Shown: one piece after another, positions 19,443 through 29,547 of the stretch | How positions within the stretch are numbered: the first letter of the stretch is position 1 | How the letters are laid out: each line of letters starts with the position of its first letter | Assembly: GCA_045863295.1 (NCBI GenBank) | Contig: BTWA01000006.1 | Span: 163,431 to 227,430, forward strand | Direction: 5' to 3' | DNA: 64,000 nucleotides | From: Candidatus Hydrogenedentota bacterium | GTDB taxonomy: Bacteria; Hydrogenedentota; Hydrogenedentia; Hydrogenedentales; SLHB01 | The notes under the pieces: model-generated | Told to the model about the DNA's origin: nothing | What the model saw: only the letters and a program-made list of their open reading frames with translations | Database searches by the model: none | Made by a program: the position numbers and the translations under genes

Positions 19443-20006
19443 TTAGCCTTGGCCATCCAAAGCCATATTGATTTCAAGTACATTCACCAAAGAATCCGGC
19501 GTAAACGGCCCGCCAGGACGTCTCGCTTTGCCCTCGACGATTTGCTTCACGATTCCTGGATCCATTCCGCGGGCGGCAGCCACTCGTTCGACCTGAAAAA
19601 GCGCGGCTTCCAACGTTATGTCCGGATCCATGCCACTGCCCGAGGCCGTCACAAGATCGGCCGGAATGGGATCGGTTGATTCACCGTGGCGGCTTTGAAA
19701 GTCGGCGACCCTGTCTTTCAGCACCGGGTTTAGTGGGCTCAAGTTGCTGCCACCGGTGCTGGCCGCGTTGTAGTCCACGGCGGAAGGCCTTGGCCAAAAG
19801 TAGTTGGCGGATGTAAACGACTGGCTCAGCACCCGGCTTCCAACAATCTGGCCATCCGCATTGGTGAGCAGGCTTCCATTCGCCGTGAAAGGCGTGAGAC
19901 CCTGACCAATGCCCCAAATGGAGAGGGGATACGCAATCGAACAAACAGCAATCGTACAAGCCCAGATGCGTACACACGCGAGTAGTTGGTCGGAATTGGT
20001 TTTCAT
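19443..20006 (-). CDS. kdpC: K+-transporting ATPase subunit C
   Basis: ANGSL, YFWPRPSA, GSNLSP, VTASGSGMDPDI, VNVLEINMALD. Confidence 0.97.
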   Translation of the reverse strand: MKTNSDQLLACVRIWACTIAVCSIAYPLSIWGIGQGLTPFTANGSLLTNADGQIVGSRVLSQSFTSANYFWPRPSAVDYNAASTGGSNLSPLNPVLKDRVADFQSRHGESTDPIPADLVTASGSGMDPDITLEAALFQVERVAAARGMDPGIVKQIVEGKARRPGGPFTPDSLVNVLEINMALDGQG

Positions 20007-20018
20007 ACACTTTCCATC

Positions 20019-22088
20019 CTATGCCAATCTCGTGATAACGAGCACGAGGTCGATTACTTTAATGCCTACAAACGGGGCAATGACACCGCCGATTCCATAG
20101 ATCAGCAAGTTCCTGCGCAGTATTGCGTCTGCGCCAATGGGCCGGTACTTGACGCCCTTGATGGCGATGGGAACCAGCAACGGAATAACGATGGCATTGA
20201 AGATAACTGCCGACAGGATTGCGCTGTTTGGCGATCCCAGTCGCATGATGTTCAATGCGCTCAATTGCGGTATGGCCAACATGAACATGGCGGGCACTAT
20301 GGCAAAATACTTCGCCACATCGTTCGCAATGGAAAATGTCGTCAACGCACCCCGGGTCATCAACAATTGCTTACCAATTTCGATGACTTCAATGAGCTTT
20401 GTTGGGTCGCTGTCCAAATCAACCATATTGCCTGCTTCCTTGGCGGCGTGGGTGCCGGAATTCATGGCCACGCCGATATCGGCTTGGGCAAGTGCAGGTG
20501 CGTCATTTGTTCCATCGCCCATCATGGCTATCAGATGGCCTTTTGCCTGCTCCTTTCGAATGTAATCCAGTTTATCCTCGGGTTTCGCCTCGGCAATGTA
20601 ATCATCGACTCCGGCTTGTCTGGCAATCGCGGCCGCGGTCAACGGATTGTCTCCCGTAACCATAACCACACGCAGGCCCATGCTGCGAAGACGGACAAAG
20701 CGATCCCGTATACCCGGTTTCAATACATCCGACAACGCGATCACACCCAGGATTTCTTTTCCCTCCGCAACCACAATGGGCGTTGATCCGGCACGCGCCA
20801 CGGATTCGACTAGGTCCTTCAGTTCCCGTGGCACGGCGCCGCCTTGTCCGGAGACATATGTAACTACCGCATCGCTCGCGCCTTTTCGGTAACTCTTTCC
20901 CATAGGAACGTCCAGTCCGCTCAGGCGAGTCTGGGCCGTAAAGGGAATCACGACAGACCCTGGAACTTCCTGAGGAACCGCATTTCCGAGCGTTTCTTCG
21001 CCCAAGGAAACAATCGATCGTCCTTCTGGGGTCCTATCCCCAAAGGAGGCAAGCATCCCGGCTTCGGCAAGCCTCCTGCGAACAATGCCGGGTAGCGGGT
21101 GGTATTCTGTCGCGTGCCGGTTGCCCATGGTAATCGTACCGGTCTTGTCGAGCAGCAAAGTATCGACGTCACCGGCGAGTTCCACGGCCTTGCCGCTCTT
21201 CGCCAACACATTGGCCGACAAGGCGTGATCCATGCCTGCCAGCCCGATTGCAGCCAACAATGCTCCAATGGTAGTGGGTATAAGGCAAACGAGTAACGCC
21301 ACAAGCGTCGGTACGGGGATATCGACTCCAAAGTAGCGCCCAATCGGCCACAAAGCCATCGTTACCATCAGAAACGACAAGGTCAGACCTGCAAGTGTTA
21401 CCGTCAAGGCGATTTCGTTTGGGGTCTTTTGACGGATTGCTCCTTCGACCAGCGCGATCATCCGATCGAGAAATGACTCGCCCGCACCGGCGGTGATTTT
21501 AATGGTCAGCCGATCAGAAAGCACCCGCGTCCCGCCGGTAACCCCGGATCGATCGCCGCCTGCTTCGCGCACCACCGGGGCGGATTCCCCTGTAATCGCG
21601 GACTCGTCCACCGTAGCGGCACCATCCACCACTTCACCATCGCTTGGAATTACTTCCCCTGCCTTGACAACAACTACGTCGCCATTGGAAAGGGCATCCG
21701 AAGCAACCATTTCTTCCTTGCCATTGGAAAGGCGCCGCGCCGGCGTGCTCTTGCGTGTTGATCGAAGTGTATCGGCCTGGGCCCGGCCACGCGCCTCGGC
21801 CAGTGCTTCCGCAAAATTTGCGAAGATGACCGTCAACCAAAGCACAAGCGTCAATACGGTTGTGTGCGCCAGGTTGCCGGCGCCTTGCATCACATCAAGA
21901 ACAAGCACGACGGTGCTGAGCGCAGCGCCTATTTCAGTGACAAACATGACGGGGTTGCGCGCCATGATATCCGGACGTAACATTGCCAGCGATTGAATCG
22001 CGGCGGCACGCACAAGCTTTCCATCAAAGAGCGATGCCTTGCGCGCGTGGCGGCGAACCAGCTTGGCTGAATCCAATTCTGTACTCAT
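20019..22088 (-). CDS. kdpB: K+-transporting P-type ATPase subunit B
   Basis: NPVMFV, TGES, DKTGT, GDGTNDAPALAQAD, SIANDVAKYF. Confidence 0.98.
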   Translation of the reverse strand: MSTELDSAKLVRRHARKASLFDGKLVRAAAIQSLAMLRPDIMARNPVMFVTEIGAALSTVVLVLDVMQGAGNLAHTTVLTLVLWLTVIFANFAEALAEARGRAQADTLRSTRKSTPARRLSNGKEEMVASDALSNGDVVVVKAGEVIPSDGEVVDGAATVDESAITGESAPVVREAGGDRSGVTGGTRVLSDRLTIKITAGAGESFLDRMIALVEGAIRQKTPNEIALTVTLAGLTLSFLMVTMALWPIGRYFGVDIPVPTLVALLVCLIPTTIGALLAAIGLAGMDHALSANVLAKSGKAVELAGDVDTLLLDKTGTITMGNRHATEYHPLPGIVRRRLAEAGMLASFGDRTPEGRSIVSLGEETLGNAVPQEVPGSVVIPFTAQTRLSGLDVPMGKSYRKGASDAVVTYVSGQGGAVPRELKDLVESVARAGSTPIVVAEGKEILGVIALSDVLKPGIRDRFVRLRSMGLRVVMVTGDNPLTAAAIARQAGVDDYIAEAKPEDKLDYIRKEQAKGHLIAMMGDGTNDAPALAQADIGVAMNSGTHAAKEAGNMVDLDSDPTKLIEVIEIGKQLLMTRGALTTFSIANDVAKYFAIVPAMFMLAIPQLSALNIMRLGSPNSAILSAVIFNAIVIPLLVPIAIKGVKYRPIGADAILRRNLLIYGIGGVIAPFVGIKVIDLVLVITRLA

Positions 22089-22119
22089 GATTTCATAAAC
22101 TCCGTTAAAGATACGTGTA

Positions 22120-23796
22120 TTACAGGGTTCCGGCGAGGTGCTCGGCAATGGGGCCAAGCACCGCCACCGGAAGGAAGAGTAGCGCGCCTATGAGCGCAAC
22201 ACTTCCCAGCAAGACCAACCCGAACATGGGTGTGTCGGTACGAAATGTGCCAGTAGACTCAGGCACCGGCTTTTTGGCGGCCAGCGATCCAGCAATGGCC
22301 AAAGGCAGAATAATGGGCACATAGCGGCAAAAGAGCATCACGAGGCCCGTGGCAAGATTCCACGGAATCGTATTGTCTCCAAGACCTTCGTAACCCGATC
22401 CGTTGTTGGCCGCAGCCGAGGAGAACTCGTACAGAATCTCCGTGAAGCCGCGTGCTCCTGGATTCTTTACGGTTCCAATTCCCCAGGAGGTGGCGGCGAA
22501 TGCAGCCGTACCGCCCAAGATGCACAACGGATGAAGCAGCAGTGCGATGAGCGCCAGCTTCATCTCGCGTGTTTCCACCTTGCGCGCCAGATATTCGGGC
22601 GTACGTCCTACCATCATGCCGCAAATAAAGACACCGATGATGATATAGATGAACATGTTGATCATGCCGACGCCCACGCCACCGAACGTTACATTGAGCC
22701 ACATACCGGCCAATGGGGCGAGACCGGTCAACGGATTCAGGCTATTGTGCATGGCGTTAACCGAACCATTACTGGTGGACGTGGTCGCGGTTGCCCAGAA
22801 CGGTGCGGCGGTGGCGCCAAAGCGCAGCTCTTTCCCTTCCAGGTTGCTTGACTCCGTGGAAACCGGCAAGCCGGCAAAAGAGGCCGTAGGCTCCGATTCC
22901 CAACAAACCGCCCACGAAACCTTGCAAACGAATAGCATCATCATGACTGTGAATATCACGGCCGCATGGCGCATTCGGCCAGTTATTCTGCCAAACATCC
23001 AGACGCTTGCCATCGGAATGATGATAATGCAGAGACATTCCACGCAATTTGTAAAGAACGATACGTTTTCATAGGAATGCGTCGAGTTTGGCCCGAAGAA
23101 ACCACCACCGTTGGTACCCAATTGCTTGATGGTAACGAACGCAGCCACGGGGCCTCTCGCAATCGTCTGTACGGCGCCTTCCAGAGTGGTCGCCTGTATG
23201 GCCCCACCAAAGGTCATGGCAATTCCACCAAGAACCAATGTTGTGGCCACGACGAATGCCACTGGCACAAGGAACAACAAGGTCGCGCGCAAGAGGTCGC
23301 GATAGAAGTTTCCGATCTTGACGCTACCGGACAAGCCACGCGCCATGGCAGCGAGCGCGGCTATGCCCGTAGCGGCAGAAACAAACTGCAGCCACATCAG
23401 CGCACCCAATTGCGAAAAATAGCTCAGCGTGGACTCGCCGGAATAGTGCTGCAGATTGGTGTTGGTGACAAAAGACACCACGGTGTTGAATACCAGACTG
23501 GGCTCTATTGAGCCCAGTCTGTCGGGGTTCAAGGGAAGGTGCTGCTGTATGCTCAAGACCGCAAACACGAAAATGAACATGCACACGTTGAAAAGCAGCA
23601 GTGCCAGACAGTACTGCTTCCAATTCTGTTCCCTTCGCGCTGCCGGTCCGGTCACCCAAACGATTACGCGTTCCATGGATACGCGCAATCCCGTCTCAGC
23701 GACGGGATCACTCATGGCCCAGGTCAAGTACCGTCCAAGCGGTACCGAAATTAGGACCGCTGTGCCGAGGAACATAATTACCAATGCGATTGACAT
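22120..23796 (-). CDS. kdpA: K+-transporting ATPase subunit A
   Basis: TNTNLQHYSGE, QLGTNGGGFF, SNGSVNAMH, SAAANNGSG. Confidence 0.98.
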   Translation of the reverse strand: MSIALVIMFLGTAVLISVPLGRYLTWAMSDPVAETGLRVSMERVIVWVTGPAARREQNWKQYCLALLLFNVCMFIFVFAVLSIQQHLPLNPDRLGSIEPSLVFNTVVSFVTNTNLQHYSGESTLSYFSQLGALMWLQFVSAATGIAALAAMARGLSGSVKIGNFYRDLLRATLLFLVPVAFVVATTLVLGGIAMTFGGAIQATTLEGAVQTIARGPVAAFVTIKQLGTNGGGFFGPNSTHSYENVSFFTNCVECLCIIIIPMASVWMFGRITGRMRHAAVIFTVMMMLFVCKVSWAVCWESEPTASFAGLPVSTESSNLEGKELRFGATAAPFWATATTSTSNGSVNAMHNSLNPLTGLAPLAGMWLNVTFGGVGVGMINMFIYIIIGVFICGMMVGRTPEYLARKVETREMKLALIALLLHPLCILGGTAAFAATSWGIGTVKNPGARGFTEILYEFSSAAANNGSGYEGLGDNTIPWNLATGLVMLFCRYVPIILPLAIAGSLAAKKPVPESTGTFRTDTPMFGLVLLGSVALIGALLFLPVAVLGPIAEHLAGTL

Positions 23797-23931
23797 AACT
23801 TCCTGTCCTTCATTAGGAGCCGCACTCTGTTGGCGGCGAATATTCCCGTATGCCGCGCCATTGCGGCGCGTAGCCATACAAGGAATCAAGGGTTTGTCCT
23901 GCCGGATGTACCGGCGTCGGGTGACTACAAA

Positions 23932-24012
23932 TCAGAACCGTTCAGGTCTGATCATGGCGTATGTCAAATACGCAAAGCAGAACAGGCCAATAAATGCGCT
24001 CAACCAACTCAT
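23932..24012 (-). CDS. kdpF: K+-transporting ATPase subunit F (26 aa)
   Basis: Not in the ORF track: MSWLSAFIGLFCFAYLTYAMIRPERF, with the YLxYA..RPERF signature and RBS GGGAG. Confidence 0.92.
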   Translation of the reverse strand: MSWLSAFIGLFCFAYLTYAMIRPERF

Positions 24013-24173
24013 GAAATTACTCCCAGTATTCAATTCGACGCGAGCTTCAAGCATGAGTCAATTCTCTTCTGCCAGGGTGCTGCACGGACTGTTCGCACTA
24101 AAGAGGTCCCTGGACAGACCGGACTTTTTGCATGCCGCCAACCCTTCTCCAGGAACTTGCTTGAGCATCAAGA

Positions 24174-24260
24174 TCAGGTTGGCGCACACGCGGAGGTTAT
24201 CAACACAAGCAAACCCAACACTCCCAATCCAATCCCGAAGCACACCAGTAGGAACAGCAT
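24174..24260 (-). CDS. Small hydrophobic peptide upstream of kdpF (28 aa)
   Basis: MLFLLVCFGIGLGVLGLLVLITSACAPT; ATG 8 nt after the kinase stop codon, with GGAG upstream. Confidence 0.5.
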   Translation of the reverse strand: MLFLLVCFGIGLGVLGLLVLITSACAPT

Positions 24261-24268
24261 TTCACCAT

Positions 24269-26128
24269 TTACTCCATTGAAGTTGTATATGTAGCACCCA
24301 TAGGCGACGCCGCGGGCAATGTAAACCACACGGTAGTTCCATGGCCGAGTTCTGACTCGACGCCGATACTTCCGCCATGAGCCGCGACAATCTGACGCGC
24401 GATAGTCAATCCAAGTCCGGCTCCGGTTCCTTTTGGTTGTCCATCAGCACGATAAAATGGTTCAAATGCGTGTGCCGCTTCGTCCTTTGACATTCCCGCA
24501 CCTGTGTCGGAAATGCTGAACTTCACCATGCCCTCATTGGCCTCACAGTCCACACTGATCTCTCCGCCCGCGGTGGTGCACCGAATCGCGTTTGACAGTA
24601 TGTTACTGAACACATGCTTCATGCGATCCGCATCCGCAAGTACGGATGGGACATCCACACCGGCCCGATTGACCAGCGCGATTCCTTTGTCGGTCGCCTC
24701 TGTCAAAAAGGCGTCAACAGCATCCCTGGTCAACGAATGCGCCTTGACAACCTCAAACTCCATCGCGCTCTTTCCTGACTGCATTTGGCGAATGTCCAAT
24801 AAATCGCAAACTATTCCTGAAAGACGGTCGCAATCGTCCCGCGCCGCAAGTACGAGTTCGACTTGCTTCTCATTTAGCACACCCACCTGGTCATTCAAGA
24901 GCAAATGCAGCGACAATCGCAGAGAGGTAAGCGGGGTCTTCAACTGGTGAGATACCGTTGCGATTGCGTCTTGCTTAAGTTCGGCCTGTTCTTGCGCATA
25001 AGTCACATCCCGCAACATAACGGCCACTCCCGTAACCTCGCCGGAATGCGGCCCGACTGGTATAGGCATAATTACAGGCTTAAAGAAGTGCTCCTCATTG
25101 TCGATAAACCGCTGAATGACACCTTCTCCATCCGATTGTTCGATGACTCGCCGTTCGATGAACGCCTTGGCAATCAGAGGCGGCAACCAGTCCAGTCCCG
25201 CATCCCTGACTCTCCTGCCTTGTTCAAGCCCGAAATGCCGTGCTGCCGACTCGGTCGCCACTTCCACGCGTCCTTCCAAATCAAGTACGGCCACCGTGGC
25301 GGGCAACGCCTTGAATACGTTTTCCGTGCCCTCTTTCCTTCTACGCAATTCCAACTGCTCTGCTCGCCGGACACTGCGCAGCGAAGCGGCCATTTCGTTA
25401 AACGTCTCTGAGAGTTGCCCTAATTCGTCGGTCGATCTGACAGGTAGCACAAGATCCAGATTGCCCTGCTTTATGTCGAGCGCCGATTGCGTTAACACTC
25501 GTATTGGACTAAGCACCCAGACGTGAATCAGATACCCGAAAAGAACCGCTACGGAAGCACAAACGAGGAAAGCCAAGGACATACGCCGCATTGCCGCCGC
25601 GGCCTCTTCACGGGCCAGGTTGTTCGCCTCATGTATGTTGCTCTGATTAAGATCGAGTATGGACTGGGCCGAACTCTTGATTTCATAGAAATGCGGCAGC
25701 AGGCTCTCAAAATAAGCGGTCTGACGATCTTGAGCCGGTTTGGACTTGTCTCTCGCGGATTCCAGTATATGAACATACTCCCCGAAGAGTTCACGCACGT
25801 GCTCGGCCTTTTCGCGCTCTCCAGGAATCGTGATATTATTTAGCTCTACATCGAGCGCCGACTGGAATTTTTGTACATGATCGTCAATCAAGCGGTCGCC
25901 TTGTTCTTCATAATCCAGCAACGTGAAAAGAATGCCGCTGTCAATCCGCTCCAACGACTCCTTCATCTCCTGACACGCGATCACGCTCCGGTAGTTCTCC
26001 CGGAGTATGGTGTCAATGGCATCGCCGAGTCGGCTGATCTGAAGCATCGTAAGTCCACCGATCACGCCGATGGTGACCAGGATGCCCGCAAATCCAAGAA
26101 GCAACTTCTGTCGAATACCAAACCGCAT
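24269..26128 (-). CDS. Sensor histidine kinase, KinB-like (TM-helical periplasmic domain-TM-HAMP-PAS-like-HisKA-HATPase)
   Basis: ILRENYRS periplasmic segment, HAMP DELGQLSETFNEM, VSHQLKTP, NILSNAI, GAGLGL; RBS GAGGAG. Confidence 0.92.
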   Translation of the reverse strand: MRFGIRQKLLLGFAGILVTIGVIGGLTMLQISRLGDAIDTILRENYRSVIACQEMKESLERIDSGILFTLLDYEEQGDRLIDDHVQKFQSALDVELNNITIPGEREKAEHVRELFGEYVHILESARDKSKPAQDRQTAYFESLLPHFYEIKSSAQSILDLNQSNIHEANNLAREEAAAAMRRMSLAFLVCASVAVLFGYLIHVWVLSPIRVLTQSALDIKQGNLDLVLPVRSTDELGQLSETFNEMAASLRSVRRAEQLELRRRKEGTENVFKALPATVAVLDLEGRVEVATESAARHFGLEQGRRVRDAGLDWLPPLIAKAFIERRVIEQSDGEGVIQRFIDNEEHFFKPVIMPIPVGPHSGEVTGVAVMLRDVTYAQEQAELKQDAIATVSHQLKTPLTSLRLSLHLLLNDQVGVLNEKQVELVLAARDDCDRLSGIVCDLLDIRQMQSGKSAMEFEVVKAHSLTRDAVDAFLTEATDKGIALVNRAGVDVPSVLADADRMKHVFSNILSNAIRCTTAGGEISVDCEANEGMVKFSISDTGAGMSKDEAAHAFEPFYRADGQPKGTGAGLGLTIARQIVAAHGGSIGVESELGHGTTVWFTLPAASPMGATYTTSME

Positions 26129-26150
26129 TTCGCACTCCTCATCCAATCAG

Positions 26151-26167
26151 TGCATTTGCCGTGCCAA
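26151..26167 (-). promoter_or_regulatory. sigma54 (-24/-12) promoter for the kinase-kdp operon
   Basis: Minus strand TTGGCACGGCAAATGCA with exact GG-N10-GC spacing. Confidence 0.85.
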
Positions 26168-26220
26168 CCCAATAATTAGCAATTACAAGAGGTTACACAG
26201 TTTAAAAGGAGAAGGCGCCA

Positions 26221-26263
26221 TGCAATATGCATCCTGCATTGACTGAATGGATTGCAAAATGCA
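26221..26263. promoter_or_regulatory. Tandem enhancer-like palindromes TGCA-N3-TGCA
   Basis: TGCAATATGCA (26221-26231) and TGCAAAATGCA (26253-26263), 32 bp apart and about 55-100 bp upstream of the -24 element. Confidence 0.65.
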
Positions 26264-26323
26264 ATACCGCTCCGAAAATTGGAGACAGAAGGATGGGCGT
26301 AAAGTAGGAATTTCGCGGGACTG

Positions 26324-27658
26324 TCAAATGCCGTATTGCTTACGCTTACGATACAAGGTTGCTTGGTCGATACCAAGAATTTCAGCAGCCTGTTGAAGTG
26401 ACCGCGTCGAGGCCAGTACGCGCCGGATGTGGCTTTCCTCCAGTTCCTCGAGCGAGATGAGTTCCCCCTGTCTACCTGAATGCAAGAGGCTGTTGTCGTC
26501 CACTGCCAACGGTAAGTCCAATTGATCAATCACAGGCGTGGTGCTGAGAATCACGGCGCGCTCGATAACGTTGCGGAGCTCACGCACGTTGCCCGGCCAC
26601 CCGTGGCATTCCAGGGTCCGCTCGGCCTTCGTGCCGAACCGCATCGCAGTCTTATGATTCTGCGACGCGAAAAACTGAAGCATTCGGTGTGCAAGCAAAA
26701 CGATATCCTCCCGGCGTTCACGCAGCGGGGGAACAATGACGGGGATTACAGAGAGGCGGTAGTAGAGGTCTTCGCGAAATCGGCCCTCATCGACCGCGGC
26801 TTTCAGATCGATATTGGTGGCTACGATTAGGCGCACATCTGCGCGCCGTGTAACATTCTCCCCTACGCGTTCATACTCACGGTCCTGAATGAAACGAAGT
26901 AGTTTGGACTGAACCGGTTTTGGCAAGTCACCGATTTCGTCCAAAAAGAGCGTCCCACCATCGCAACCCGCGATCCTGCCCGGATTGTCGCGAACTGCCC
27001 CCGTAAACGCCCCTTTCACGTGTCCAAACAATTCGCTTTCGAGCAAATCAGGGCTCAGCGAGGGGCAGGAGACTACGCATAGCGGTCGCGGCGCGCGCGC
27101 GCTCCATTGATGTATGCACCGGGCAAGCACGCTTTTTCCAGTGCCACTCTCGCCGCAAAGCAACACGATGGCCTCGGAGGCGGCGGCCTTTCGCGCAAGA
27201 TCCAACGTGCGCTTCATCGCGGGACTGTCGGAATCCACAATGGTCTCGGGGTGCAGGCGGTTGAGATCGTCTTGCAACGCGGCGATCTGCTGCTCCATGG
27301 TTCGAATCTCTGAAACTCGATTCATTACAAGGAGCACTTGATCCGGCTTGAACGGCTTCGAAATGTAGTCCGATGCGCCGAGGCGCATGGCTTCGACAGC
27401 GGTTTCAATGGTTGCAAAGGCCGTAATGACCACAATCCGTGTCCAAGGAGACACAGCGCGTAGCGTGGGAATCAGTTCCAAGCCACTTTCGGTTCCAAGC
27501 CGCAAATCAACAAATGCCATGTCAAACGCGGAGCGCTCCGACTCTGACGCCGCATCGCGCGGGTTTGAAACCGCCTTCACCGTATGACCTTCGGACTCCA
27601 GATATAATGCCAGCGTGCGCCGTATGTTGGGTTCGTCATCGACAATCAGAATCTTCAC
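26324..27658 (-). CDS. sigma54-dependent response regulator (REC-AAA+-Fis HTH; NtrC/AlgB-like)
   Basis: KILIVDDE, GESGTGKS, ESELFGHVKGAFTGA, WPGNVREL, AAEILGIDQATLYRK; GTG start. Confidence 0.95.
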   Translation of the reverse strand: MKILIVDDEPNIRRTLALYLESEGHTVKAVSNPRDAASESERSAFDMAFVDLRLGTESGLELIPTLRAVSPWTRIVVITAFATIETAVEAMRLGASDYISKPFKPDQVLLVMNRVSEIRTMEQQIAALQDDLNRLHPETIVDSDSPAMKRTLDLARKAAASEAIVLLCGESGTGKSVLARCIHQWSARAPRPLCVVSCPSLSPDLLESELFGHVKGAFTGAVRDNPGRIAGCDGGTLFLDEIGDLPKPVQSKLLRFIQDREYERVGENVTRRADVRLIVATNIDLKAAVDEGRFREDLYYRLSVIPVIVPPLRERREDIVLLAHRMLQFFASQNHKTAMRFGTKAERTLECHGWPGNVRELRNVIERAVILSTTPVIDQLDLPLAVDDNSLLHSGRQGELISLEELEESHIRRVLASTRSLQQAAEILGIDQATLYRKRKQYGI

Positions 27659-27698
27659 CGGGGACAATTCCTGGACGTTGTACGTAAGGTGGCCATGT

Positions 27699-28370
27699 CT
27701 AATTGATATTGGGTGCTGCGCCCTGCAGATCGCCTTTGATGGCGTAGCCAGCGATATGTGTTGAGGCCAGCAACATCCGTGGAACGGTAAACGATTCGCA
27801 CTCAACGCGCTGGAATCCAGAGTCCAGGATGGACCGTTGCGTGTCTCGATTCGGTTGGCAACCGTCGGCCAGACAGGACCAGACCGGTTGAATGCCGTTC
27901 TGTATGCCTCTCTGCACGGTTCCCGGTTGGGCAATCACATGCTCGATAAATGTGAATCGTCCACCCGGTTTCAGCACTCGCTTGATTTCGTTTAAAACGA
28001 GCGCCGGATCGGAAACGGAACACAGTACAAGTGTACAGACAACGGCATCGACGGACCCGTCCGCAATATCAAGGGCTTCGCCCTTTCCACGGATGACGTC
28101 GACGGCAATACCAAAGTGTCTGGCTTCGGAGAGCAGGTAGGGATGCATATAGGGATTGGGCTCCACAGCGGCCAGCCGAATCTCCTTCGGGTAGAAGGGC
28201 ATGTTGGCGCCAGCCCCCGCCCCGATTTCCAACACGGTACCGTGTAGATCGCCGAGCAGTAATTTCTTCCGCTCTCCGTAAAACCGGTTCATGGGCCCTT
28301 CGGCCTTGTGCATAAACCATGCAAACCCGTGCTGCGCCAACCTGCGACGCAATGAACGCTTGTATTTCAT
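27699..28370 (-). CDS. Class I SAM-dependent methyltransferase
   Basis: VLEIGAGAGAN, DAVVCTLVLCSV, RVLKPGG. Confidence 0.9.
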   Translation of the reverse strand: MKYKRSLRRRLAQHGFAWFMHKAEGPMNRFYGERKKLLLGDLHGTVLEIGAGAGANMPFYPKEIRLAAVEPNPYMHPYLLSEARHFGIAVDVIRGKGEALDIADGSVDAVVCTLVLCSVSDPALVLNEIKRVLKPGGRFTFIEHVIAQPGTVQRGIQNGIQPVWSCLADGCQPNRDTQRSILDSGFQRVECESFTVPRMLLASTHIAGYAIKGDLQGAAPNIN

Positions 28371-28375
28371 GTTTT

Positions 28376-29275
28376 TCAACGAGTAACCATGCTTCGCATG
28401 GCCCCTTCCACGTTGGGATGGTGAAATCCAAACCCACTCCGCAACAGCCGTTCCGGCATAACCCGTGCACTGGAAAGCAACATTTCGTCGGCCATGGCGC
28501 CGAGGGCAAGACGCGCCGCAAACGCCGGCATCGGCAAGAGCGTAGGCCGCCGTAGCACACGCCCCAAAGTCTTGGTAAGCTCCCGATTGGTTACTGGATT
28601 GGGCGAAACCAAATTCACAGGTCCAATAACCGTATCGCAAGCAAGCAAGTGGACGATTGCGCCAATTGCGTCTTCAATCGCTATCCAACTCATCCACTGA
28701 TTCCCCGGTCCAACAACGCCACCAAGTCCCAGGCCGAATGCCGTGCGCATCAGGGCAAACGCACCCCCTTCAGAGCCGAAGACGGCGCCGAAACGGAGAT
28801 TACATATACGGATTCCAACTTCGCGGGCGGGATGCGTGGCCGACTCCCATTCTTTGCACACTCGAGCAAGGAATCCGTCGCCATGCGGGCTGTCTTCCGT
28901 GAGTATATCGTCGCCGCGGTTTCCATAGATTCCCACAGCAGATGCGCACAACCATACTTTTGGGCGCCGCTCCAGGGAACAAAGTACATTTGCCAAGAGT
29001 TTGGTAGACCTGACACGGCTCTCCAGTATCGCCTGTTTGCGTTCCTTCGTCCAACGGCCTCCAGCAACGTTTTCGCCCGATAGGTGAATTACCGCATCAA
29101 TGTTTTCCAAAGCTGACTCGGGCAGTATTCCCTCGCTCGGATTCCAACTGACCTCTTGAGACCCATGTGATGTCCGAGTCCGAACAAGTTTGCGGCAACT
29201 ATGACCCTGGTTCGATAGATCGTCGACTAATCGACGGCCTATTAGCCCCGAAGCGCCTGAAATCAGAATTTTCAT
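28376..29275 (-). CDS. TIGR01777/YfcH-like NAD-dependent epimerase family protein
   Basis: ILISGASGLIG, SRVRST, ASAVGIYG, GNQWMSWI, GPVNLVSPNPV. Confidence 0.9.
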   Translation of the reverse strand: MKILISGASGLIGRRLVDDLSNQGHSCRKLVRTRTSHGSQEVSWNPSEGILPESALENIDAVIHLSGENVAGGRWTKERKQAILESRVRSTKLLANVLCSLERRPKVWLCASAVGIYGNRGDDILTEDSPHGDGFLARVCKEWESATHPAREVGIRICNLRFGAVFGSEGGAFALMRTAFGLGLGGVVGPGNQWMSWIAIEDAIGAIVHLLACDTVIGPVNLVSPNPVTNRELTKTLGRVLRRPTLLPMPAFAARLALGAMADEMLLSSARVMPERLLRSGFGFHHPNVEGAMRSMVTR

Positions 29276-29481
29276 GGATCCCCACTCCCATCTATCCGTG
29301 CACCGTCTGATAGGGTTCGGTGCGATGCAGAATCGGGTATTGAACCCGGGAAGTCGAAACAGGATCATTCCGTTTAGACTCGTAACATAGTACAAAACAA
29401 GTATGTTATGATACGTCCCGCTTCTTGGGAGCACAAACCTGACCGTATGCCGGATTGCGCCAGGTTTTTCGCCGCAACTAT

Positions 29482-29515
29482 TTGTTTGACATCTAACAAT
29501 TCATCATGCTACAAT
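29482..29515 (+). promoter_or_regulatory. sigma70 promoter of marR overlapped by a palindromic operator
   Basis: TTGACA-18 nt-TACAAT; palindrome TTGTTnGAnnTCnAACAA at 29482-29499 covers the -35 element. Confidence 0.65.
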
Positions 29516-29547
29516 CATGACGGTGAACAAATAAGGACGATCGGCTC

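Noticed and set aside
24202..24268. Cys/Trp-rich 22-aa frame MVKCCSYWCASGLDWECWVCLC after the kinase
   Set aside because: Alternative frame of the hydrophobic peptide; RBS spacing is too short and no RiPP maturase is nearby.
23456..24280. 274-aa plus-strand ORF
   Set aside because: Antisense to kdpA, kdpF and the small peptide; no motifs.
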